NCBI GenBank assembly: GCA_046761065.1
Contig: JBHIFL010000001.1
Coordinates: 64,001-128,000 of the forward strand
Direction of reading: 5' to 3'
Length of the DNA stretch: 64,000 nt
Source: Candidatus Heimdallarchaeota archaeon
GTDB lineage: Archaea > Asgardarchaeota > Wukongarchaeia > Wukongarchaeales > JBHIFL01
Shown here: positions 10,181 to 19,779 of the stretch, piece by piece
How the letters are laid out: each line of letters opens with the position of its first letter
How positions within the stretch are numbered: position 1 is the first letter of the stretch
The notes under the pieces: model-generated
Told to the model about the DNA's origin: nothing
The model's input: only the letters and a program-made list of their open reading frames with translations
Database searches by the model: none
Translations under genes and position numbers: made by a program

Positions 10181-10852
10181 GTGCAAAAAGAAACAATAAG
10201 TCTCATTGGTGGTACAGGTCAACAAGGACCTGGAATCGCCGCTAGATTAGCATTAGGTGGAGTTAATGTTATAATAGGTAGCCGACAGGATGAGAAGGCC
10301 AAACGGGTGGCTAATGAGCTCCGAGAAAAGCTCGGAGTGGACAACATAACTGGGGTGATTAATGCAGAGGCGGTTAAAAGCGCTGATGTTGTTTTTCTGA
10401 CCATACCTTATGATTATGTAGAGGCAACTCTGAAGAGGCTAGAGCCTGCGTTTAGAGAAGACGCCATTTTAGTTGACACAACCAATCCCTTAACCCGTGA
10501 GGGCAAACATTTTGTGTTAGCGGAACTCCCTAAAAGAAAGTCAGCTTCTGAAATAATTCAGCAGTTAGTTCCCCCTAATGTGACTGTTGTGGCTGCATTT
10601 AAAACAATAGGATTCGATCTTCTGATGCAGATAGATCAACAGATCAAGTGTGATGTGTTAATCTGTGGTGATAATTCTACTGCCAAAGAACGAGTGATCA
10701 GAATGATCAAACAGGCTCCAAACATGGGAGGCGTTGTAGATCTTGGGCCCTTACTTAATGCTCGATTTGTTGAAGGACTCGTTCCTCTAGCTGTTAATGT
10801 AAACCGGGTACGTGGTGTGAAAAGCACCTGTGTCAAGTTCTTCATTGGGTAG
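10181..10852 (+). CDS. npdG: NADPH-dependent F420 reductase
   Basis: IGGTGQQGPGIAARLA, IIGSR, DTTNPL, SASE, VVAAF, DVLICGD, DLGPL..AR.VE. Confidence 0.9.
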   Translation: MQKETISLIGGTGQQGPGIAARLALGGVNVIIGSRQDEKAKRVANELREKLGVDNITGVINAEAVKSADVVFLTIPYDYVEATLKRLEPAFREDAILVDTTNPLTREGKHFVLAELPKRKSASEIIQQLVPPNVTVVAAFKTIGFDLLMQIDQQIKCDVLICGDNSTAKERVIRMIKQAPNMGGVVDLGPLLNARFVEGLVPLAVNVNRVRGVKSTCVKFFIG

Positions 10853-11089
10853 TCGTATGGTTGTTAACCCCACTTAAAAGGGATTCATTCACATTCTAAA
10901 TGACTAACCAAACGTTTTTTACAGCCTATTCTTTCCTTTTTAAAAATCTTCAAGGGCTTTTTTGTGATTGGTATGTGAGGTTCAATAGGGAATAAGAGAA
11001 AAGATTGAGATAAACCTTGTCAGTAGAAGTGTGGTGTGTTGTTTGATGGAAAAAGAGGGAGATGGGTTAGTTAGGTTAAAACCAACGAA

Positions 11090-12331
11090 CTAACCCTTTG
11101 GGTATGCTAAAACTTTGAGGTTAATCGGGAGTTTAGCCACTTCTCCAACTCGTGCGCCTACTAGATAGGTAATGTTGTGTTCTAAGGCCAAATCAACGAG
11201 CCTTTGGGTAACTATGCCATCAAAAATTATGGCATAGATGGTTTTATTTTCCTTGATTTTGTTTAATTCTTCTGCTAATTTCCGTACAGGGACCTCTTTT
11301 ATTAATCCCCCATTTTCATCCAGGAAGAATCCTTTCTGCGTTCCTTGGACGATCTCGATTTGTGGTTCAAACACTGTGGGGATTTTAGGCTCTCTTAGCA
11401 TCGTTTCCGAACGCGATTTCTCTTTCATCTCTTCTGGCTTTTCCGGAGTTTTCCCGGGCGGGATAGGTTCGACTTTTTGTTTTCCAGCTTTTTGGGATTC
11501 TCCAAGGAGCTGTTCGATCGGTACACGATTCCGTAATGCTTTTGTGATTTCCTTGCGGGTAAGATCTTCTACTTCACGACCAGAGGAGGCTCGCGCAACA
11601 TAGTCGATATCAGCGACTTGCGCTAGTTCTCGCAAGATCAGATCCCCTCCGCGATCCCCATCCAGAAATGCGGTCGCTTCCTTCTTTTTTGAGAGCTCTG
11701 TAATAACAGATGGGATATTTGTCCCTTCAACAGCTACTACATTTTTATAACCATGTCTTAACAGATTGATTACATCTGCTCGGCCTTCAACGATTAAAAT
11801 AGAATCACTTTCATCAACCGTTGGACCGGCAGGGACTTTACCTTTATACCGAACAATGGATTCAATTCGTGCGCTCTTCAGAACTTCATCAACGAGTTGA
11901 GAGCTCTCAGGAGAAATATCTCCTTCCCATTTTCGTAAAATATTCGTAGCTCGCTGAATGATCTTCTTCCGCTTTGATTGGCGGACATCTTCGATCTTAT
12001 CTAAGGTTAGTTTTGCCCCACAAGGACCAACACGATCGACTGTTTCTAAAGCGGCTGCGATGATAGCAGTTTCAATTCTATCTAAAGATGATGGGATTAT
12101 AACGGTTCCAGTGGTCTTTCCACTCTGTGTGGTTGTATTCACAATGATTCGACCAATACGCCCTGTTCGTTGCATGTCTCGTAAATCCAATTCTTCACCT
12201 AGGAGCCCCTCAGTTTGACCAAAGACTGCACCGATTACATCGCTACGTTCGACGACTCCCGTTACCTCGAATTTACTATGAATCAGGTATTTTGTCGTTG
12301 AAACATCTGTAACATTAGCATTATTCGTCAC
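11090..12331 (-). CDS. dnaG: Archaeal DnaG (exosome-associated primase homologue)
   Basis: GVVERSDVIGAVFGQTEGLLG, GRIGRI, TOPRIM VEGRADV and DGDRGG, FDGIVTQRL. Confidence 0.96.
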   Translation of the reverse strand: MTNNANVTDVSTTKYLIHSKFEVTGVVERSDVIGAVFGQTEGLLGEELDLRDMQRTGRIGRIIVNTTTQSGKTTGTVIIPSSLDRIETAIIAAALETVDRVGPCGAKLTLDKIEDVRQSKRKKIIQRATNILRKWEGDISPESSQLVDEVLKSARIESIVRYKGKVPAGPTVDESDSILIVEGRADVINLLRHGYKNVVAVEGTNIPSVITELSKKKEATAFLDGDRGGDLILRELAQVADIDYVARASSGREVEDLTRKEITKALRNRVPIEQLLGESQKAGKQKVEPIPPGKTPEKPEEMKEKSRSETMLREPKIPTVFEPQIEIVQGTQKGFFLDENGGLIKEVPVRKLAEELNKIKENKTIYAIIFDGIVTQRLVDLALEHNITYLVGARVGEVAKLPINLKVLAYPKG

Positions 12332-12720
12332 TAGACACTGACCTCCTTGTTATATTGTTCAATATAGCTAGTTCTTCATAGGATCGACAGATTCTTGATG
12401 TAGCTATTTGGTCCTAGAATTACTAGACACTTATCACTACTATTAATCTATTACTCCCGTTCTTCTTATCTATTTCTTTTTTGACCATTCTTGCTCCTTA
12501 TCTCTTCGTATTTTTTTTATTTCCAATAAATAATCGTTTTAGACTAAAAAAAGTATATAAAACCCTTTTTTTTGCCAGACAGGGTGGGAAACAACCTTAC
12601 TGTCCCAAACTAGTGCTTTAGATAATTTTATGAAAAATGATTTCTTAAAATGAATAATTATGGCTTTTCGATGAATATCTCTGGTTTTAACGAAAAAGAA
12701 TAGGAGAAGAGTTACTAACT

Positions 12721-13731
<1,011 letters not shown>

Positions 13732-14040
13732 TTAACCTCCATTTGTTTAAAAACATGCAGAGAAGATGTGCTTGTGATTTTAGGTAGTCTGCATGATTCG
13801 CCGACCATATTAGGGCTAAAAGGCTCTCTCCCCTTTAATTTTTTTCTTTGACCTACAGTTAATCAAAGTAAATTTATCACCATTATGCGTTCTTGATAAA
13901 GATATTCTATCTCTATGAACCTCTCAAGATATAATTTACCTAATAAACCATTATGCGTTTTTCGATCTTGAAAAGGGATGACTAACTCATTCTAAATCCC
14001 TCAAGAACTAGTTTTTGGGCTTTAAAATGTCGATAAAGAG

Positions 14041-14062
14041 AAAGGTGCTACTTAGCACCTTT
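14041..14062. terminator. Perfect inverted repeat; terminator-like hairpin or operator
   Basis: aaaggtgcta-ct-tagcaccttt, followed by T-rich runs on both strands; lies downstream of the 14230-14859 gene. Confidence 0.45.
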
Positions 14063-14229
14063 TGAAATTATTGTATGTGTTTAAGGTTGTAGGTATCTCG
14101 ATCTCGTTAGAAATGTGAATGTTATTCTTTGAATGCCTTTAAACTCTTCAGACAACTGTGAATTTGGAATGGAATGTTTGATTTACGAATTACTTTTATT
14201 CTACTGTATTAAGGGTTTGGTTCGGCTCC

Positions 14230-14859
14230 TTAGGCTTGCGAGATATATTCAGACAACGTTTCAAAAGTTAATGGATTTCCAAGGATAATTAGGACGCCTT
14301 GAATGATGCAAAGGAGACCTAAGAAGGTTGCCACTGGTTGAAACCGCAGAATCATTGTGGTAGCTTTAGTTACGTCCTCAATAAACTTGAGGGCCAAGAA
14401 TACTAACAGGAATATAATAACCATGATTGCCCCTAGGATATATTTCATTTCAATCCCTAAAATGGTGCCAGTTACTCGATCTCCATAACGGAAGCAGATT
14501 AGTGCTGCAATACCTCCCCCTGCGACGAGACCTACCAGAGCAGCCCAAGGAATGTCCTTAAACGGTTCCATAAATAGTGCAAAGCCTACTATTATCAGAA
14601 GTGTGACTGTGAACCACCCTTGATTTAAGTATTCGTTAGTTTTGAAGATCGCAGCTGCAGTTATTAAGCCTAAAGCGCCGAAAATCCAGCCCGCATGCTT
14701 TGCAATTGTAGAAAGTGCATCGGCAATATTATCGATAAACCCTGGGAAAACATGAAGTACGTTTGAGATGAACCATGCACCTGATATTATTCCAATAATG
14801 ATTAAGACGATAGGCGAGAATTCTGCTAGGGTAGAAATATAAGTAGCAATATCCGCCAA
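14230..14859 (-). CDS. Hypothetical polytopic membrane protein (~6 TM)
   Basis: 209-aa hydrophobic ORF; GGAGG RBS upstream of the TTG start. Confidence 0.75.
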   Translation of the reverse strand: MADIATYISTLAEFSPIVLIIIGIISGAWFISNVLHVFPGFIDNIADALSTIAKHAGWIFGALGLITAAAIFKTNEYLNQGWFTVTLLIIVGFALFMEPFKDIPWAALVGLVAGGGIAALICFRYGDRVTGTILGIEMKYILGAIMVIIFLLVFLALKFIEDVTKATTMILRFQPVATFLGLLCIIQGVLIILGNPLTFETLSEYISQA

Positions 14860-14979
14860 TTTGTTGTCCTCCTTACTGTTTTACCCATTCTTACTTATAC
14901 CGATATAAAAAGTATCCTAATTAGGGTCTGGGAACTTATTATTAACAGAAGACGCAGACCACACAAGACTCATTCACTT

Positions 14980-15343
14980 GGAATGCGGGGGAGTGGGAGT
15001 TGGAATGATCTGTTGTCTAGGGCTGTTGTAGCTCGATACTAACTCTCAACTTCCTAGATGAGACGATCGCCTTTCTCAGTTGAGTTCTCCCGTATCGAGC
15101 TGCAGAAGACAGCCCCCAACAGCTTATATCTCCCGAAGGATGTGAAAAAGACGGGTTGACTCCACACTCATTGCTAGACGACCCGTCCACTCGCTTCAGT
15201 GAGAGCCCGTCCGCTTTTCCTAAGCATCTTGGTTGGACGTTAGTCTAACCAAGTTCACGAGTTTACCCCGTGACTCTAGGAAACCTCCTGATAGATTTAT
15301 TTCTCTAGCACCAGGCAAATTACTAACTCCTTCTCCTCCATCC
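14980..15343 (+). ncRNA. Unidentified large structured non-coding RNA candidate
   Basis: No ORF of 60 aa or more. About 20-bp terminal stem (14980-15003 with 15323-15343) encloses a 110-nt hairpin and several shorter hairpins. G-U pairs favour the + strand. TATA-like ttattaa near 14938-14944. Confidence 0.55.
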
Positions 15344-15509
15344 TAATAAAATTTTCTTCTGATCCTCATGAGGGACGGATTTTCAGAATCTATTAGTGAG
15401 GTAAGCCGTTATTATTCTTTAGATTCGCACTCATCCTTCAGTACACAAATCTCGCTAAGACTTAAATTAATATAGAGATTATTCATCCTTTTTGAATGAT
15501 TGAAAAGCC

Positions 15510-16508
15510 TTAAAAACAATGCGGGACTAGACGAAGGTCCGATTGATCGACTTGCATATCTGGCTCGTCTTCAAATCCAAGAAACTGATTGATCATTACA
15601 GCAGCATAATTTCCGGTTCCTACAGCCATTGCAACCTGTTGAGTAATGGCTCTAACATCTCCTGCGGCCCAAATACCCTCCACGTTAGTTTTACCGCGAT
15701 GATCAGTTATAATGGAGCCAGACTCAGTCAAAGCCACGCCAAGTTGGGCAGCCAGTTCGGAACGTGGAACGGCCATATAAGATGCAAAAAAATGTTGACA
15801 TTCAACCTGTTGCCCATCAGTAGTGATAAGGATCTGCTGTTGGCCCGGGGTTTTAATTTCCACACGATCTATAACTCCAGACATCCATTCAAACTCAGAT
15901 TGATCTAAAACTTGACGATCTGCATCGGTGAATGGTATAGAACTATCTTCTGTCATAAAAATGCGGATTCGCTTGGCAAAACGTTGGATCGATCTAGCAA
16001 CGTGCAAAGCACTTCGAACTGTCCCTACATTCACCACTAAAATGTCTTTCCCAGCTGTCTCGGGTGCTTCACAGTTTGCACAGTAGAAGCATATCGATTT
16101 CTTACCCGCGTATGGGAGCCATTTCCGCCAATCTCCTCCCACAAGTGGGTGTTTGCGGGCTACCCCGGTGGCGAACAATAGAGTTTTTCCCTGATACTCC
16201 TCTACACCTCGTTTTGATTCGGTCCAAACATAAAATTCGGGACATGTTCCTTCGATTCTAACAACATTAGCGAAACAATATATAGCTCCAAGTGCCTTCG
16301 TCTCCTCTTGGAACATTTGGAGTAATTTACGTCCTTCGATCGCGCTTTGCCCACATAGATAGTTGTGAATTGGATTCGTGATAAAATACAACGGGGAGGA
16401 TCTTCTATCAATCACCAACACGCGACGACGATGGTATGCGAGGTGTTTGGCCGCAGTCAATCCCGCAGGTCCACCCCCTATAATTAATGTGTCATATTTA
16501 TTGCTCAT
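15510..16508 (-). CDS. Thioredoxin-reductase-like FAD-dependent pyridine nucleotide-disulfide oxidoreductase
   Basis: GGGPAGLTAA, FATG, CxxC (CANC), TNVEGIWAAGD, QVAMAVGTG. Confidence 0.88.
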   Translation of the reverse strand: MSNKYDTLIIGGGPAGLTAAKHLAYHRRRVLVIDRRSSPLYFITNPIHNYLCGQSAIEGRKLLQMFQEETKALGAIYCFANVVRIEGTCPEFYVWTESKRGVEEYQGKTLLFATGVARKHPLVGGDWRKWLPYAGKKSICFYCANCEAPETAGKDILVVNVGTVRSALHVARSIQRFAKRIRIFMTEDSSIPFTDADRQVLDQSEFEWMSGVIDRVEIKTPGQQQILITTDGQQVECQHFFASYMAVPRSELAAQLGVALTESGSIITDHRGKTNVEGIWAAGDVRAITQQVAMAVGTGNYAAVMINQFLGFEDEPDMQVDQSDLRLVPHCF

Positions 16509-16801
16509 TGGAAAATTCCTCTCAATTTTTTGTGTGGGAGAGACTTCATGGATGATACGATTAAAAAAGTCAAACCCTCTAAATATAATTGGATCGAGAT
16601 AGTAGGTTAAGAGGCGTTAGTCTTCAGAATCGTTATTAATTTAAAGAAATCTAATTTCTAATATTGATACAATTCATACTAACCCCTTTCTCGGTCAAAG
16701 ATCCTATAAAGTGAGATACAACACCTTAAACCTTAATTCAATCCATTTTGTATTTGATTTACGAAAAATCCATTTTAATTCAATAATTTATAGGTGATAA
16801 T

Positions 16802-17881
16802 ATGAGTGTGAAAATTGGGTCTATTGCTGGTATTGATATAAAAATTCATCAAACGTTTATTTTGTTTATCATTGGTCTACCTCTCCTAGTTCTGATTGTT
16901 CAAGGGCTCCAAGCTGCCTTTGATTTTGCAGTAACACTTGTTATTCTCTTTAGCTCAGTTCTTTTCCATGAAGTAGGTCATGCATTGATGGGACGAAAAT
17001 TTCAAATTGAAACCAAAGACATTACACTCCTTCCTATCGGTGGGATGGCGGCAATGTATGAAATCCCCGAAGAACCAAAGAAAGAGGGACTTATTTCCAT
17101 CGCTGGCCCATTTATGAGTCTACTTCTAGCTGTCATTGCCTATGGCTTGACCCTCGTAATCAAAGTTGATCTTATCTATACCTTCCTCGAACAAGTCGTT
17201 ATACTGAACTTATTACTTTTTGGCTTCAACGCATTCGTTCCAGCTATCCCACTTGATGGAGGCCGAGTATTACGGGCAATCCTTGCTTCTAGAATGCCCC
17301 ACCTCCGCGCCACCATGCTTTCCGTCAGAATCTCCCACCTAATAGCCATGGGAATGGCTATTATTGGACTTGTTTTCATTCAGAACCTCTGGCTTCTAAT
17401 CATCGCAGCATTCATCTACGTAGGGGCAAATGCTGAAGGAGAACAAGCCACCCAACGGTATCTGCTCAAAGATATTAACGTGGGAGAAATTATGTCTTCC
17501 CCCGTTCTAGCAGTTCCCACTTCCATGACCTGTGACGACTTGCTCGAATTCATGCGAAAACAGGGGCACTTGCGTTTTCCTGTAACTGATGAACAAGGGA
17601 AATACGTTGGGATGGTTTCACTCCGGGATATAAGTCAATTCGGTCCGAATCGACGGTGTGATGTTTTGGTAGGGGACATCATGCGTAAGAATATCGTTAC
17701 TGTTGACCCAGTGACTCCCGTCTCTCAGGCTATTAAAAAAATGCAAGAAAACGATATCGGAAGTCTATTGGTGGCACAGTCTGATGAACCAGATACAATT
17801 CTCGGGATTGTAACAAGAACTGATGTTATGATCACCCTTGGAATTGAAACGGTTCGCAAAGGCATCCCAAGTGCAGCTTGA
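16802..17881 (+). CDS. Site-2 protease (M50) with tandem CBS domains
   Basis: HEVGH, LLPIGG, AGP, FN..PA.PLDGGR; two C-terminal CBS domains. Confidence 0.93.
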   Translation: MSVKIGSIAGIDIKIHQTFILFIIGLPLLVLIVQGLQAAFDFAVTLVILFSSVLFHEVGHALMGRKFQIETKDITLLPIGGMAAMYEIPEEPKKEGLISIAGPFMSLLLAVIAYGLTLVIKVDLIYTFLEQVVILNLLLFGFNAFVPAIPLDGGRVLRAILASRMPHLRATMLSVRISHLIAMGMAIIGLVFIQNLWLLIIAAFIYVGANAEGEQATQRYLLKDINVGEIMSSPVLAVPTSMTCDDLLEFMRKQGHLRFPVTDEQGKYVGMVSLRDISQFGPNRRCDVLVGDIMRKNIVTVDPVTPVSQAIKKMQENDIGSLLVAQSDEPDTILGIVTRTDVMITLGIETVRKGIPSAA

Positions 17882-18065
17882 AACTGACATACTAGTATAG
17901 TATATAGTATAAGGCCGATCTAGACAACTTCTCGAAAATCTTCTTCATGATGATTCAAAACTTCAAACAGCACACATCGATAGTCGAGGAAGAGCAATTC
18001 TCAATACTATTGCGATATATTCTCTTTTTCGCTCGTTTTTAGAGGATACAGAAGGCAAAAGCTTC

Positions 18066-18536
18066 CTATTCCTCTTCTAGTCGAAGATCAGTGGAACGGT
18101 ATGGTCGGCCTGAATTTGTGAGAATATAGGGTACAAAGATCTTGACTAACGGGGTGAGACCTCTTGAACTACGCACCGCATTAATTTTATCCAGCATAGG
18201 ATGTGTTTCTTCCGAAACGATCATTGCATCAGCATCTGCTAGCTCCTCGCTTATTCCTTCCGGTTTCGTAAGCTGGGCAATCTGAAATCTTCCTTGAAAA
18301 TTCCCGTTTGCGAGATATTCTTTAAGTTGTTTAACGCGTTCTTTAAAGGGTTGAATCTTCTCCGCCGCCATTTTTCCCTGTACCATCTCATCTGAAGTCA
18401 CGCCTATCGCTACCTGTTTTGCGAGGGTGAGAGCCACTTCCAAGAGCACACGATGAGCCACATGCAAACGATCGAACGTGCCTCCGTACAAGCATAGCTT
18501 GAAACATCGCTGGGCTTCATCACGAAGGCCAATCAA
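18066..18536 (-). CDS. coaD: Archaeal/eukaryotic-type phosphopantetheine adenylyltransferase
   Basis: GGTFDRLHVAH, GVTSD, IVSEET, IN..R...GL. Confidence 0.85.
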   Translation of the reverse strand: MIGLRDEAQRCFKLCLYGGTFDRLHVAHRVLLEVALTLAKQVAIGVTSDEMVQGKMAAEKIQPFKERVKQLKEYLANGNFQGRFQIAQLTKPEGISEELADADAMIVSEETHPMLDKINAVRSSRGLTPLVKIFVPYILTNSGRPYRSTDLRLEEE

Positions 18537-18564
18537 GATACCGCCCCCTATAAGGTTTATCGTT

Positions 18565-19236
18565 TTAGATTGAAACTGTTTCGCCAGGTTTCAGAATCCT
18601 AACCTCCGCCGCTTCACCTACAAGCTTTTTGAACTCCTCCGCATCTTGTTCTATCGCCGGGAAGGTATTGAAGTGACAGGGAATTGCAATCTTCGGATAG
18701 AGCATCCGGATCGCTTCTGCAGCTTCCCTCGGTCCCATTGTGTACGTCGATCCAATCGGAATCAAAACGACTTTCGGCAAGTAGAGTTTCGCAAGGAGTG
18801 CCATATCCCCGAATACCGCAGTGTCTCCCGGAAAATAGATCGGGCCTTCTGAAAGGTGAACAATAAAGCCACAAGGCATACCCCTTTCACATGAATGGAA
18901 GGCTTGTGTAAATGTGATGGGAATATTTGTTGGGGTCACAACAGTCCCTCCAATATTGCCTCCAATCGCACATTTAACCCCACCCTTCTCTGCTTCGATA
19001 GCAAGCTCATGAACTCCTATAAAACATGCATCATGTTGTTTGCAGATTGTTGCCGCATCATTAAACCCGTGATCCTCATGATCGTGTGTAACGCAAACGA
19101 TATCCACCTGCTGGATTTCTTCTACGCTTTTAAATGGGTTTGTCGGGTTAGCCGTGATCCAAGGGTCAAACAGAACTACAACTTCACTTTCTACCATGAA
19201 TGCGGCATGGCCGAGCCAAGTGATTTTCATTATCAA
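18565..19236 (-). CDS. Metallo-beta-lactamase fold metal-dependent hydrolase (UPF0173-like)
   Basis: ITWLGHAAF, DPW, THDHEDH, GGNIGG, GDT, PIG..YTMGP.EA, IPCHFNTFP. Confidence 0.9.
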   Translation of the reverse strand: MIMKITWLGHAAFMVESEVVVLFDPWITANPTNPFKSVEEIQQVDIVCVTHDHEDHGFNDAATICKQHDACFIGVHELAIEAEKGGVKCAIGGNIGGTVVTPTNIPITFTQAFHSCERGMPCGFIVHLSEGPIYFPGDTAVFGDMALLAKLYLPKVVLIPIGSTYTMGPREAAEAIRMLYPKIAIPCHFNTFPAIEQDAEEFKKLVGEAAEVRILKPGETVSI

Positions 19237-19415
19237 ACCTCGTTGAAATTCATTATTTCGTTCTTATCTTATATTTGGTGATCCCGTCCAGTTTTTTTAC
19301 TTTCTGTCATTAACCAACGAGCCTACCATTAAAGTCCCATGGTTATCCAAGAGTAATCATCCTTTCTACGAATCCGTTAATCCCTAAAAATATTTACAGT
19401 GATAATGATCTTAGC

Positions 19416-19428
19416 AAAAGATTAATAA
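19416..19428 (+). promoter_or_regulatory. Putative BRE/TATA promoter of the permuted 5S rRNA gene
   Basis: aaaag-attaataa lies about 25 nt upstream of the terminal stem starting at 19452. Confidence 0.55.
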
Positions 19429-19451
19429 TTGAATTTAATTCACCATTACTC

Positions 19452-19610
19452 ACTGCAGTGGAGCCGAAAGATAAGCTCGTTTCCGTTCTTGAGTGTACTA
19501 CGCTGCGAGAGCGCGTGGGAAATCAGGGAAGCTACCATTTCTCTGAGGTGGTGGCCAGAGGGGCGAGGAAACTCCCGGTCTCATTCCGAACCCGGAAACT
19601 CCATTGCAGT
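19452..19610 (+). rRNA. rrf: 5S rRNA gene, circularly permuted (3' half 19470-19537, linker 19538-19548, 5' half 19549-19597) inside a BHB-like processing stem
   Basis: 5' half TGGTGGCCAGAGGGGCGAGGAAACTCCCGGTCTCATTCCGAACCCGGAA lies downstream of 3' half GATAAGCTCGTTTCCGTTCTTGAGTGTACTACGCTGCGAGAGCGCGTGGGAAATCAGGGAAGCTACCA. Rejoined, helices I-V all form and conserved CCGAAC, GAAG.UAAG, GUAC and GGGAAA are present. Flanks 19452-19463 and 19599-19610 pair. Confidence 0.92.
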
Positions 19611-19779
19611 CTATTTCTTCAATTTATTTCCCAAAAAGGGATTAGATGTTTTGTTTTTAACTGAATTTCAGAGGCTCATTAATAATAGGATCCAAATCAA
19701 TGGTTGAATGGCAGAATGAGATAGTTGTCCTTATCCAAAACTCCTAGTTTTATAACTTCACTTCGTCCTGTAGTTTTAG

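Noticed and set aside
14980-15343. Calling the structured region RNase P RNA, SRP RNA or a group I/II intron
   Set aside because: Only scattered short similarities (aggaaacctcc, cagaag, tgaaa). No P4 pairing, SRP helix-8 motif or intron catalytic domain could be built, and no BHB was found at its closing stem.
17889-17911. atactagtatagtatatagtata short repeat
   Set aside because: Low-complexity and too short to interpret.
19429-19707. ORFs 19429-19707 (92 aa) and 19458-19664 (68 aa)
   Set aside because: They overlap the permuted 5S rRNA gene and show no protein-like features; chance frames.
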